From an uncultured Bifidobacterium sp. (GTDB lineage: Bacteria; Bacteroidota; Bacteroidia; AKYH767-A; OLB10), in contig CAZHSC010000001.1 in assembly GCA_964534995.1 (NCBI GenBank), positions 63,855-127,854 on the forward strand: DNA of 64,000 bases, written 5' to 3'. Both the position numbers and the translations under genes were made by a program. Positions 17,782 to 27,333 of the stretch are shown piece by piece (positions within the stretch are counted from its first letter, which is position 1; each line of letters opens with the position of its first letter). Under the pieces are notes generated by a model. The model searched no databases. It was given only the letters and a program-made list of their open reading frames with translations, and was not told the origin of the DNA.

Positions 17782-18402
17782 TTATTTCATTAAAAGAAAG
17801 GCATCCACGGTTTTAACAAGTTCCTGAAAGGTCTCGCTTTCATTTTCCCTCATCGGAAATCCTTCGGTTGTCATCAGTATTTCATTGTTGCCATTCACAA
17901 AGAAGGAGGTGGGATAGGCGGAAACGCCCATTAACCGGGATAGCGTGTAACATTGCGGAGTGTATCCATTCACATTATTTTCGGGGCACTCCGGAAGTAT
18001 CTCATATTGTATTTGCCGGGTTTTATACTTCGCCAGCAGTGCGCTGTGATCGGAGGTGTCGGCAGAGTTCAGAAAGCGGAGTTGCGAGGGAGCATGAGGG
18101 GCAACCGCAAGTATCTGAAAGGGCTTGTCTTTAAAGTGTTCCTGCAGTTTATTTAAAACCGGAATTTCTTTCATGCAGGGAGCGCACCCGATGTAGAAGA
18201 ACGTGATAAGTGTGAGTTTATCTTTAAAGTAAGTACTGTCTATCGTTTTTGATTGCAGCGTTTTTCCGCTCAGGGCCGGCAATTTAAAACCGGATTGTGC
18301 CATCAGGGGAGCCGGAGGTAGATGGCAAAGGAAAAACAGCAGCAGGCTTGCCGCAATATACCGGCAAGTGGAAGTATAGAGGACCATATCGTATCTGATC
18401 AT
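17782..18402 (-). CDS. TlpA/redoxin-like thiol-disulfide oxidoreductase
   Basis: It has an N-terminal hydrophobic signal and FFYIGCAPCMKEIP (CxxC) in a thioredoxin-fold context. The exact start is uncertain. Confidence 0.72.
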   Translation of the reverse strand: MIRYDMVLYTSTCRYIAASLLLFFLCHLPPAPLMAQSGFKLPALSGKTLQSKTIDSTYFKDKLTLITFFYIGCAPCMKEIPVLNKLQEHFKDKPFQILAVAPHAPSQLRFLNSADTSDHSALLAKYKTRQIQYEILPECPENNVNGYTPQCYTLSRLMGVSAYPTSFFVNGNNEILMTTEGFPMRENESETFQELVKTVDAFLLMK

Positions 18403-18431
18403 GGAGGAGATGGCAAATATCCGTATAAATT

Positions 18432-18459
18432 AAAAACCCGGCCTTGAAATCAGAGGCCG
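18432..18459 (-). terminator. intrinsic terminator-like hairpin downstream of the MFS gene
   Basis: On the minus strand, CGGCCT-CTGATTTCA-AGGCCG is followed by GGTTTTTAATTT. Confidence 0.45.
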
Positions 18460-18633
18460 TGCCGATGAAATAGATGTAACAGCTACTTCAATTTTATCAT
18501 TTTCTGATGCGATAGCACAGTTCCGTTTTTCAGGACAGCAAGCAGGTACTGACTGGTAAAGGCCCATCTTCGCGTTAGACATTAAATTTTCCGATGAGTT
18601 GTTGAAAGCTATCCTGCTTCAGCCGTAAGCAAG

Positions 18634-19851
18634 TTATTTTTTAAGCCTGCCGGAAAGGGTTTTCCACGCGAGAAGACCGCTGAGTGCAATCAGCATTGAC
18701 CCTGCGAAGAAGGCAGCTCCCGGAAAGTAAAAGGGTGCATTTTTTCCTGTGAAAAATGAAAAAAGTGAAGTCATTAACGGTGGACCAAAAATAGAGGTAA
18801 TACTGATCAGACTGGTGAGGGCTCCCTGTAACTCTCCCTGCTCATTGGGTGGCACCTGGTTGGAGATAATACCCTGTAACGATGGGCCGGCAATTCCTCC
18901 CAGGCAATAGGGAATCAGAAATGCAAACATCATCCACCCCTCCGTGCTGAAGGTGAACAACAGCAAGCCGATGGAATACAGCAACAAGCCGGTATATATC
19001 GACCTGTGGGCACCCAGCTTTGGGGTGATGATGCGTATCAGGCCCCCTTGTACAATGGCCACACATAAGCCCGCCATCCCTAATGAATATCCTACCATCT
19101 TTTCGTCCCAGCCAAAACGTTCAATGGTAAAATAAGTCCAGGTGCTTTGTACTGCATGGGCTGCAATGTAAATGAGTACAAGAGAAGAAATGAGACCCAT
19201 AATGACAGGATAGCGTTTAAGCCGCGCCAGGGAACCGAAGGGATTCGCACGCCGGATTTCAAATTTTCGCCGGTTTTCTTTTCGCAGCGATTCCGGGAGT
19301 ATCAGGAATCCATATATCCAGTTTAGTAAAGTTAATGCTGCGGAGAAGATAAACGGAACGCGTGAACCATATTGACCCAGTAATCCGCCAAGTACCGGAC
19401 CAATGATAAAGCCTATGCCGAATGCCATACCGATGATGCCGAAGTGCTGTGCCCTTTTCTCCGGAGGACTAACATCAGCAATATATGCGGAAGCCGTGGT
19501 GATGCTTGCGCCGGTAACTCCCGATAGCAATCGCCCGATAAACAACCATTCAATGGAGGGCGCGAAGGCCAGGAAAAGGTAATCGATGCCAAAGCCAAAC
19601 AATGAAAACAACAATACGGGACGGCGCCCGTAGCGGTCACTCAATCCTCCTAAAAGCGGTGAAAATAAAAACTGCATGCCGGCATAGGCAAACATAAGCC
19701 AGCCCCCAAAGTTGGCGGCCTGGCTGAGGCTGCATCCGGTCAATTCCCTGATCAGTGCAGGGGTAACCGGGATAATAATTCCTAAACCGATGATGTCGGT
19801 CAGCAGCGTAATAAAGATAAATACCAATGCGGGTTTATTTTTATTTTTCAT
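18634..19851 (-). CDS. MFS transporter, TCR/Tet family (TetA-like efflux pump)
   Basis: It is a 12-TM-like protein with MFS motif [16 protein letters not shown] prefer the ATG at 19851 ([13 protein letters not shown]...) over the TTG start at 19866 in the track. Confidence 0.87.
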   Translation of the reverse strand: MKNKNKPALVFIFITLLTDIIGLGIIIPVTPALIRELTGCSLSQAANFGGWLMFAYAGMQFLFSPLLGGLSDRYGRRPVLLFSLFGFGIDYLFLAFAPSIEWLFIGRLLSGVTGASITTASAYIADVSPPEKRAQHFGIIGMAFGIGFIIGPVLGGLLGQYGSRVPFIFSAALTLLNWIYGFLILPESLRKENRRKFEIRRANPFGSLARLKRYPVIMGLISSLVLIYIAAHAVQSTWTYFTIERFGWDEKMVGYSLGMAGLCVAIVQGGLIRIITPKLGAHRSIYTGLLLYSIGLLLFTFSTEGWMMFAFLIPYCLGGIAGPSLQGIISNQVPPNEQGELQGALTSLISITSIFGPPLMTSLFSFFTGKNAPFYFPGAAFFAGSMLIALSGLLAWKTLSGRLKK

Positions 19852-19971
19852 CTGATGTGATTGCAAATATCAGTTAAAAGCGATCATCACCTGATTGTTG
19901 AAAAAAATTGTTGCTTTTAAAATTCTTTATGTTTAGTTTGCGCTTTATAACATTTTAAAAACACACTGATC

Positions 19972-21660
19972 ATGAAAAAGCTACTATTTACGCTACTGAC
20001 CGGAGGTTTGATGACATTTTCGTTTCAAACGAATGCTCAAAGCTGGTTGTTGAATGGAAATGCGGGTACCAATTCCGCGACAGATTTTATTGGTACTTCC
20101 GATAATAATCCGCTAAAAATTAAAACGAATAACCAGGTAAGGATGCTGATTAAATCAAATGGTTTTGTTGGCATTGGTACGCAAACTCCTGCGTCCCGAC
20201 TGCATGTTAACGGAGATATCACGGCCACAGGTGGAAATTCTACCAACTGGAATGCTGCTTACAGTTGGGGCAATCACGCGCTGGCAGGTTACCTGACTTC
20301 CTTTACGGAGCAGGATCCACAGGTGGGAACCATTCTTACCAATTATGTCCCTAAATGGGATGGTTCCGCATTAAACTCCAGTAATTTGTTTAACTCAGGA
20401 AATAATTTTGGATTTAATACAAGTTCAATGATTGGATCTTCCAACATGGTTGTTCAGAGTCCTAATGCAAGCGGTTATGGCGGGATGTATATTAATCAGG
20501 CAGGTGCTTCTCTTAAGCCATTTTACGGATACGCCGTAAACGGTATAGGATCCTGCTGGACTTATTATGACCAAACCAGTTCCAGCTGGAGAGTGTACAA
20601 CGGTGGTGACAGGATCACCGTAGACAACCTGGGTTATGTGGGTATCGGTACTACCACTCCCGCTTATTTCCTCGATATACAGGCAGGCTCCGCAACACGG
20701 GGATTAAACGTGGTGTCGAATGTAAGCGGCTCATCGGGGCATATTATCAATTTCGAGCGTACACAAGTTCCGTCTTCCGCCAACGATATTCTTCAGATTA
20801 CCGTACCTGCAGGTTCTCCCAACGATTTCCAGTTTATCGAAGCCGATGTAGCGGGGAGTAATCGATTTCAGGTAAATGGAGATGGAAGTGTGGGCATCGG
20901 AATCAGTACAGCTTCAAATACCCGGCTGAATGTGGATGGCACCAACGCTGCCAATAGAAAATTGTACGGTATTTACGCCAATGCGGATAGTGCAACCTCC
21001 AGTTCAAGGGCCATATTTGGTGAGTACCTGGGCGCTACCTCAGATGGTATGGGTGTTTATGGAAAATCCAATGTTACTCCCGGTAATGGCTATGGGGTTT
21101 ATGGTGAAGCGGGATATATTGGGGTAAGGGGAGTTGCTGCAGCAAGCACTTATACCGGTTCAGCTTATGGAGTGTATGGTTCTGCCAGCGGTACTGCCGG
21201 CACCAGAATCGGCGTATATGGTTCCGCATCGGGTGGTAGTGTAAATAACTGGGGAGGATATTTCGCGACGAAAGTGTATGCCACTGAATTAAGAGTGGGT
21301 GGCACCGGTGGTGCTACAGGCTATGCGCTGGCGGTGAATGGCAAAGCCATCGCCGAAGAAGTGAGGGTGGAGTTGAGTGCATCCTGGCCGGATTATGTAT
21401 TTGATGAGAATTACAGTCTGATGCCTATCGATCAACTGAAAGAGGAAATTGCAAGTAATAAACACCTGCCCGGCATTCCCAGCGCTGCCGTGATGGAAGC
21501 ACAGGGAGGAATTGACCTCGGAAGTATGCAGACTAAGATTGTGGAAAAAGTGGAAGAGTTGACGCTGTATATTATTCAACTGAAAGAGCAGAATGATAAG
21601 TTGCAGCAATCTAACACGGAACTGCTGCAACGTCTTGAGAAACTGGAAAACAATAAATAA
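19972..21660 (+). CDS. secreted repeat protein with phage tail-fibre-like architecture and a C-terminal coiled coil
   Basis: The signal peptide is MKKLLFTLLTGGLMTFSFQTNAQ. There are recurring ...GxVGIGTxTPxxxLxV.G modules and a G/Y-rich stretch (GVYGSASGTAGTRIGVYGSASGG). The C-terminus reads WPDYVFDENYSLMPIDQLKEEIASNKHLPGIPS...EELTLYIIQLKEQNDKLQ. There is no T9SS sorting domain. Confidence 0.75.
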   Translation: MKKLLFTLLTGGLMTFSFQTNAQSWLLNGNAGTNSATDFIGTSDNNPLKIKTNNQVRMLIKSNGFVGIGTQTPASRLHVNGDITATGGNSTNWNAAYSWGNHALAGYLTSFTEQDPQVGTILTNYVPKWDGSALNSSNLFNSGNNFGFNTSSMIGSSNMVVQSPNASGYGGMYINQAGASLKPFYGYAVNGIGSCWTYYDQTSSSWRVYNGGDRITVDNLGYVGIGTTTPAYFLDIQAGSATRGLNVVSNVSGSSGHIINFERTQVPSSANDILQITVPAGSPNDFQFIEADVAGSNRFQVNGDGSVGIGISTASNTRLNVDGTNAANRKLYGIYANADSATSSSRAIFGEYLGATSDGMGVYGKSNVTPGNGYGVYGEAGYIGVRGVAAASTYTGSAYGVYGSASGTAGTRIGVYGSASGGSVNNWGGYFATKVYATELRVGGTGGATGYALAVNGKAIAEEVRVELSASWPDYVFDENYSLMPIDQLKEEIASNKHLPGIPSAAVMEAQGGIDLGSMQTKIVEKVEELTLYIIQLKEQNDKLQQSNTELLQRLEKLENNK

Positions 21661-21688
21661 AACGGTTAAACCAAAAAATTCCTTTCAC

Positions 21689-23476
21689 ATGAAAAACAAT
21701 TCAAAAAAGGGGATGTTGGTTGTCAACGGATTTCCACTGCTGTTATTACTGTTGCTTACCGGCTTCAGTGCCAGCGCAGGGGAATTTATCCGTTACCTGA
21801 ACCGTCCCCCACTCAATGAAAAACAGCGGCATCACGCAGAGGTCCTGATTCACGATAAAACAACCGCCGCTTATTGGTACGTGGAAGCTGACGCGCAGAT
21901 GATAAAAGGGAAAACCGGGGAATTGTCATTCAGACTGCCCGACAATACCCTCATCGAAGTGCGTGAAATGGTGTATAATAACTCTTTCGCCTCCATGGTT
22001 TCAGGCTCCGGAAAATTCGAACCGGGCGGAGACTTCATCGTTACCGAACACAATGGCATGATTACATCCCGCATCGGGAATAATGAATTCAGCTATATGA
22101 TGTATCCCCTTTCAGGTGATGTACATATACTCTTGCTTCTTAACGTGAATGCCTTCCCTAAAGATGAATCCGATGAAGGATACCGGCATATGTTGAACGA
22201 GGGGCAAAAGGTGAAGGACAGACGTCATATAGATCCTGAAACCGGGGAGGAAGTACTGGATGGCTCTCCGGAGGCGGGAAACTGTAAAGTAAGATGCCTG
22301 GTGGCCTATACCGATGATGTAGGTGCTGCCCTGGCGGATCCCATTGGATTTGCCGAATCGTGTATTGCCGCCAATAATACCGCCTTCACCAACAGCAATG
22401 TTAACTTTCAGGTTGAACTGGCCTGTGCTTTCGAAACGGTTTATGCCGAAAGCGGAAATTCAGGTACCGATAAAACTAATTTTCGTAATAATGGCGACGG
22501 TGTGATGGATGATGTTTTTGACTGGCGTACCTATTATGATGCGGATCTGTGTCACTTGCTGGTGAACAGCCTTTCCAACGGTTGCGGCGAAGCATGGGCC
22601 GTTTCAGTTTCCGTATATGCCGATGCATTTTGTGTAACAGATCGTACCTGCGCCGTTGGTAATCTTACTTTTCCCCATGAGTATGGTCACTTGTATGGAT
22701 GCCGCCATGATGTGTTTGTGGATAATACAAATACTCCCTATGCCTATGGACATGGAAAAACGGTTACGGGCAATTACCGTACGGTGATGGCATATTCCGA
22801 TGCCTGTGGGGCTTCCGGCTGCCCACGGGTTGCTTATTTTTCCAATCCCTCTGTTACATACAATGGAGTATCAACAGGAACTTCCGGAGTGGCAGATAAC
22901 GAAAGCGCCAGCGAAGCTTCCCGTGTGGCCATCAGCGGCCTGGAGAGTTCCCAAACAAATAAATCATTTATAGCATGGACCCACAATGATGGTGAATTTG
23001 GTGATGTGCTGGCTTTGACCAGTGTAAGTAATTCAACCACCTATGTTATGCAGAGCGGTTCGGAAGTGGTTTGGCGTGCGGGTACCAGTCATACGCTGAA
23101 TCCGGGCTTCTGGGCAATGAGCGGCTCGAAGTTTATTACCATGTTCGACAATTGTACACCGCTGACCCTTGCCGGACCGGCAAATGAAAAGGTACAGCAA
23201 CAAGAGGGTAATGCTTCCACACAGGTGCGTGTTCAGCCCAATCCTTTCAGCCATCGCTTTGATGCCATCGCTGAATTAAAGGAAGAAGGCCAGCTCAGGA
23301 TGGACCTGCTGGATGCTACCGGAAAATTGTTGCAGGTGATTACCGATCAGAATGACATGGCAACAGGTCTTCACCGGTTTTCGGTGGACATGAACGATAA
23401 GGCAGATGGAATTTACTTCCTGCTGGTTCGTACCGGAAAGGAATCAAAAACACTAAGAATTATTAAATCGGAATAA
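21689..23476 (+). CDS. metzincin (reprolysin/M12B-like) zinc metalloprotease with T9SS type A sorting domain
   Basis: The zinc motif is HEYGHLYGCRHD (HExxHxxGxxHD). The start at ATG 21689 gives MKNNSKKGMLVVNGFPLLLLLLLTGFSASA; the track start 21593 overlaps the previous gene. The C-terminus reads VQPNPFSHRF...DGIYFLLV. Confidence 0.85.
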   Translation: MKNNSKKGMLVVNGFPLLLLLLLTGFSASAGEFIRYLNRPPLNEKQRHHAEVLIHDKTTAAYWYVEADAQMIKGKTGELSFRLPDNTLIEVREMVYNNSFASMVSGSGKFEPGGDFIVTEHNGMITSRIGNNEFSYMMYPLSGDVHILLLLNVNAFPKDESDEGYRHMLNEGQKVKDRRHIDPETGEEVLDGSPEAGNCKVRCLVAYTDDVGAALADPIGFAESCIAANNTAFTNSNVNFQVELACAFETVYAESGNSGTDKTNFRNNGDGVMDDVFDWRTYYDADLCHLLVNSLSNGCGEAWAVSVSVYADAFCVTDRTCAVGNLTFPHEYGHLYGCRHDVFVDNTNTPYAYGHGKTVTGNYRTVMAYSDACGASGCPRVAYFSNPSVTYNGVSTGTSGVADNESASEASRVAISGLESSQTNKSFIAWTHNDGEFGDVLALTSVSNSTTYVMQSGSEVVWRAGTSHTLNPGFWAMSGSKFITMFDNCTPLTLAGPANEKVQQQEGNASTQVRVQPNPFSHRFDAIAELKEEGQLRMDLLDATGKLLQVITDQNDMATGLHRFSVDMNDKADGIYFLLVRTGKESKTLRIIKSE

Positions 23477-23492
23477 GCGTACATATTGAAAC

Positions 23493-23526
23493 AAAAAAAG
23501 GCAACCATTAACGGGTTGCCTTTTTT
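23493..23526. terminator. bidirectional intrinsic terminator between convergent genes
   Basis: AAAAAAA-GGCAACC-ATTAACG-GGTTGCC-TTTTTT. The hairpin has an A-tract on one side and a T-tract on the other. Confidence 0.8.
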
Positions 23527-23548
23527 GTTTCTGAGCATTTCATTTACC

Positions 23549-24208
23549 TCACCGTGACATACGTATCTCCATGGATTTATATTCTTTACCACCGTGAGGG
23601 GTATTGTACATTTCTATATAATGCTCGTTTACATCTTTTACAAAATACAGCTCACGCACTTTCATCATTTTTCCGCTTACAGGGTCGGTTTGTTCACCAA
23701 TAAATTCAATCGCACCCAGTTTTGGATTATAAGTACCCGTACTCATGATAATCCCTGTACCCATATTATCAATCCACGTAGATACATATTTTTTTAATGT
23801 GTTGTCATATCCGGTAATGCTGATCCCCTGAAAGGGCATTCCATTGAAGTCTCCCTGCGTAACCGCTTCCTGGTAACGGCCGTCTAAAATCATACGGATG
23901 GCACAGGAAGCCATATTTACGCTGGGGCCGGCATCCGGCTGCATCCACATTTTAATTTCAGATTTCCATTCTCCTTCATAGCTTGCAAGCTTTGCATGCT
24001 CTTCGCCGGGCGTGGCGAATTCCGCCCATTTTTTATCAATTTCTGCCTGGTCCATCACCGGAGTCACTTCTTTTTTAGGCTCAGTTAATTTTTTAGGTTC
24101 GGCTACCTGTTTTGTTGCTGCCGGTTTGGCAGGAACCGTTTTCTTCGTTTGTGCAAATGAACCCGCACATACCAGGGATATGAGCAGGGTCAACATAAGT
24201 TTTTTCAT
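23549..24208 (-). CDS. DUF1579 family secreted protein
   Basis: The signal peptide MKKLMLTLLISLVCAGSFAQ starts at ATG 24208. The body ...MILDGRYQEAVTQGDFNGMPFQGISITGYDNTLKKYVSTWIDNMGTG... matches my recollection of DUF1579. Confidence 0.75.
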   Translation of the reverse strand: MKKLMLTLLISLVCAGSFAQTKKTVPAKPAATKQVAEPKKLTEPKKEVTPVMDQAEIDKKWAEFATPGEEHAKLASYEGEWKSEIKMWMQPDAGPSVNMASCAIRMILDGRYQEAVTQGDFNGMPFQGISITGYDNTLKKYVSTWIDNMGTGIIMSTGTYNPKLGAIEFIGEQTDPVSGKMMKVRELYFVKDVNEHYIEMYNTPHGGKEYKSMEIRMSR

Positions 24209-24303
24209 GGATGTGAATAATTGAGAGGACAAATATACCATAATCAGGGATCCTTGAAACCCCGTCGCTGACCGGTGCCTTTTCCGCGGGAGATATGAAT
24301 GTA

Positions 24304-24648
24304 TTATTCTTCCTGTATATAACCTTCAGCCAGTTTCTTCGGGGCAACGAAGCAGTAAGCACTGGTGATGGCGTCTTTAAACAGGTCTTTCCTTACCTTC
24401 CGGGTATTGATCAGCGTCCAACCGTATTTGCCCCAGGCATTGGGTACCGGGTAAATTATCTCTTTGTCAAAGGAGCAAAATACATCCTGGTCAACAGCCG
24501 ATAAGCGGACACAGGCCCGGTGGTGCTGTAGATTCACGGTAGCGAATATCTTCCCTTTTACTTTAAATGCTACTTTGTCGAAATGTGGTTCTTCTTTGGT
24601 TTCGGCAAATGATAAGGCCAGTTTTCGGATTACCTGAACGGAGATCAT
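24304..24648 (-). CDS. MmcQ/YjbR family DNA-binding protein
   Basis: The 114-aa sequence ...ALSFAETKEEPHFDKVAFKVKGKIFATV... is a YjbR-like pattern. Confidence 0.75.
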   Translation of the reverse strand: MISVQVIRKLALSFAETKEEPHFDKVAFKVKGKIFATVNLQHHRACVRLSAVDQDVFCSFDKEIIYPVPNAWGKYGWTLINTRKVRKDLFKDAITSAYCFVAPKKLAEGYIQEE

Positions 24649-24664
24649 TGGTCTTCACTGAATT

Positions 24665-25636
24665 TTATTGGATGCTTATGAGTACCGGACCCGGATTATT
24701 TTTTACCGGTGGCACTGTTTTCAGAAAGCGATAAATTGCCTTCAGGTCGTCATCTGCAAGCCGGCTGAAAGGTCCCCAGGGCATCATGCTTTCATGAATT
24801 ACTTTTCCTTTCCTGAATCGCTGAAGAAAATCTTCTTCTGTCCAGTTCGCGAGTTTTCCGGTAGCAGGATCAGAAGTGATATTAGGGGTTACAAGTTCCA
24901 TGGCCGGGTTTACCTCACAAGGAATATGGAAGCCGCCGGCATAGGGAATACCGGTATACTTGCCTGTTTTCAAATCGCGTTCGGTATGGCACCCTCTGCA
25001 GTTTGCCACCGATTCAGCAAGGTATTTACCATATTCAACTGTTGGACCGGGGGTGACGCTTTTTGGAATTTCAAGAGAAGGGCCAACAGGAACAATGACC
25101 AGCGCTTTCAGAATTTTTCCCAGCAGGTTCCATTCTGATTTTGGGACAGAATTCCGTACAGGCGCTACCGTACGGAGATAACTGATGATGGCGGTTAAGT
25201 CACCGTCACTCAGGTGCTGAAATGGCATAAAATCGGGGAGAGCACGGCCGTCATGTCCTACGCCATACCGTAAAGAACGAGCGAGCACGGAATCCGGCCA
25301 GGCGCCGATACCGGTTTCCCTGTCAGAAGTAATATTATGGGTATACAGCTTTCCGGGTGGTATGTCAAACAGGTGTCCGCCGGACAGCGGAACGATCTCT
25401 CCGCGTTCAATAGATGGAAGTTGCTCGACAGGCGCATGGCAATGCGCGCAATGAGCCGCGCCATATACCAACTCTTTTCCCCTGTTGATTACGGCTGAAT
25501 CCTTCACCGCGTGAATGTCGGGATAAGGAGCGTCGAAGGTGCGGTCCTTTCTTACAAAGACAACAGCCGCGATTAAAAGCAGGATCAGCATAACCGCCAA
25601 TCCTGTCTTTTTTACAATGTTTTTGAATGTTTTCAT
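24665..25636 (-). CDS. membrane-anchored di-haem c-type cytochrome
   Basis: It has an N-terminal TM helix and two CxxCH haem sites (CAHCH and CRGCH), each followed by a distal M/P-rich segment. Confidence 0.85.
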   Translation of the reverse strand: MKTFKNIVKKTGLAVMLILLLIAAVVFVRKDRTFDAPYPDIHAVKDSAVINRGKELVYGAAHCAHCHAPVEQLPSIERGEIVPLSGGHLFDIPPGKLYTHNITSDRETGIGAWPDSVLARSLRYGVGHDGRALPDFMPFQHLSDGDLTAIISYLRTVAPVRNSVPKSEWNLLGKILKALVIVPVGPSLEIPKSVTPGPTVEYGKYLAESVANCRGCHTERDLKTGKYTGIPYAGGFHIPCEVNPAMELVTPNITSDPATGKLANWTEEDFLQRFRKGKVIHESMMPWGPFSRLADDDLKAIYRFLKTVPPVKNNPGPVLISIQ

Positions 25637-25743
25637 GTGAATGAATTTGACACATGAAAAATAATTAATTTATTCAAATACCTGCGCTATCCGGTAAAAA
25701 CCGGGAAAAACACACCGTCTTTCGTTGGTTCATTTCCGGGAGA

Positions 25744-27006
25744 TTACCAGCGGGTACGGCTGCTTTTATTAGCAGCACTTGCCGTTTTGTGGGATCTGGG
25801 AGCCTGAGCAGCAGGTGCATTCCTTTTTATGCCCTGCCCGCGTTTAGGAATGAGTGCCGGGTCGGGCGCAATTAACACGCCGTCGGGAAGCAGGGCATGT
25901 GTGCGTATAATCTCGAGTTCGGGTCCGTACTTACGGATCAGTTCTTTTTCTACTTCGCCATCATCAAAGCCGCGGAAACTAACAGAAACACCTTCCCTGC
26001 CCGCGCGACCTGTACGACCGATACGGTGTACATAAGTTTCTCCATCTGCCGGCATGTCATAGTTAATAACGAGGTCAAGTTCCTTTACATCAATGCCGCG
26101 GGATGCCAGATCGGTAGCAACCAGCACTTTCATTTTACCGGCTTTGAAGGCCTGTAATGCCTTTTCCCGCTGACTTTGGGATTTGTCGCCATGAATGGCC
26201 GATGCCGGGTGACCTTCTCTGGATAACACCCTGGCCAGCCTGTCGGCACCCCTTTTGGTACGGGTGAAAATCAAGGCCTGCTCCGCGGGTTCCTTTTCAA
26301 TGACATCCATGAGCAGGGATTGTTTTTTGTCACGGTTGACGTAATACATACGCTGACGTATTTTAGGCAGGTTATTTACATCAGCGGCTACCTGAATTCT
26401 AACGGGATCGGACATGTGTTTTTCAGCCATTACCCTGATGTCATCGGGCATGGTGGCGCTGAATAGCAGGGTTTGCCTTTCACGGGGGATGAGTCCCAGA
26501 ATTTTGTTAAGATCGCGGGCAAATCCCATATCAAGCATCCGGTCACATTCATCCAGAACGAGTGTGTTTACCATGTTCAGCCGGATATGACCCTGGCTGT
26601 ACAGATCCAGCAAGCGGCCGGGAGTGGCAATAACGATGGCAGGATGTTTTTTTAAAGCCTGTTCCTGCGGTTGCTGGCCTACACCACCGTATAACAATGC
26701 CATTTTAAAAGGCAGTGTTTTACCATAGGCGCTGAAGTTGTCATGTATCTGGATGGCCAGCTCCCTGGTAGGCGCCAGAATTAATACACTGATGCCTTTT
26801 ACCGGTCCGGCACCTGCCAGTCGTTGCAATACGGGGAGCGCGAAGGCAGCGGTTTTTCCGGTGCCCGTTTGCGCGAGGGATAAAACATCACGCCCCTGCA
26901 ATACAGCGGGGATTGTCTGTTGCTGAACGGGTGTGGGTTCCCGGTAGCCTTTTTCATGCAATGCTTCCAGCAGTTGTGGCAGCAATTGTAAATCTTTAAA
27001 TGTCAT
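25744..27006 (-). CDS. rhlE: DEAD-box ATP-dependent RNA helicase
   Basis: It has a Q motif (F..L.L...L...GY..PTPVQ), AQTGTGKT, PTRELA, DECD (a DEAD variant), SAT, and HRIGRTGRAG. The C-terminal tail is basic. Confidence 0.92.
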   Translation of the reverse strand: MTFKDLQLLPQLLEALHEKGYREPTPVQQQTIPAVLQGRDVLSLAQTGTGKTAAFALPVLQRLAGAGPVKGISVLILAPTRELAIQIHDNFSAYGKTLPFKMALLYGGVGQQPQEQALKKHPAIVIATPGRLLDLYSQGHIRLNMVNTLVLDECDRMLDMGFARDLNKILGLIPRERQTLLFSATMPDDIRVMAEKHMSDPVRIQVAADVNNLPKIRQRMYYVNRDKKQSLLMDVIEKEPAEQALIFTRTKRGADRLARVLSREGHPASAIHGDKSQSQREKALQAFKAGKMKVLVATDLASRGIDVKELDLVINYDMPADGETYVHRIGRTGRAGREGVSVSFRGFDDGEVEKELIRKYGPELEIIRTHALLPDGVLIAPDPALIPKRGQGIKRNAPAAQAPRSHKTASAANKSSRTRW

Positions 27007-27333
27007 TTTTTATAATGCCGTATACGTTGTTAACCATTGACAACATGTCAATTTGCGTTACGGTGAACCCGTTGAAGTAATTTCTATTAAAACCGGGGTA
27101 TTGGCTTGCGTGTGATCCGGAAATATCTCAGATCAACGATAGAAACCACGCTTCGAGAATGCAAAGGTACGTGTTTATACTGCCCTAAGCAAATTAAGTT
27201 TCAGATACAGGATAATAATTCCGGTTGAAGTGAATTTCAAAGGTTTGCAAATCAATGGTGTAAATATTATGACAATTTAAACCTTTTATGGAATCCGGGC
27301 GTAGAAAGATCGTTAATTATAAACCTGTTTTCC

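Noticed and set aside
712-18459. The two terminator hairpins at 712-735 and 18439-18459 share the loop-region 11-mer TGAAATCAGAG, considered as a REP-like element family
   Set aside because: Hundreds of random 11-mer coincidences are expected in a 64-kb window, and the stems themselves differ. That is not enough evidence for an element family.
21593-21688. Upstream extension of the metzincin ORF overlapping the tail-fibre-like gene. Similar N-terminal extensions occur at 3542-3607, 5256-5291, 9180-9200, 10376-10510, 24209-24241 and 46003-46047.
   Set aside because: In each case an internal ATG gives a canonical signal peptide or TM start right at the N-terminus and removes the overlap or an odd leader sequence, so I moved the starts downstream.
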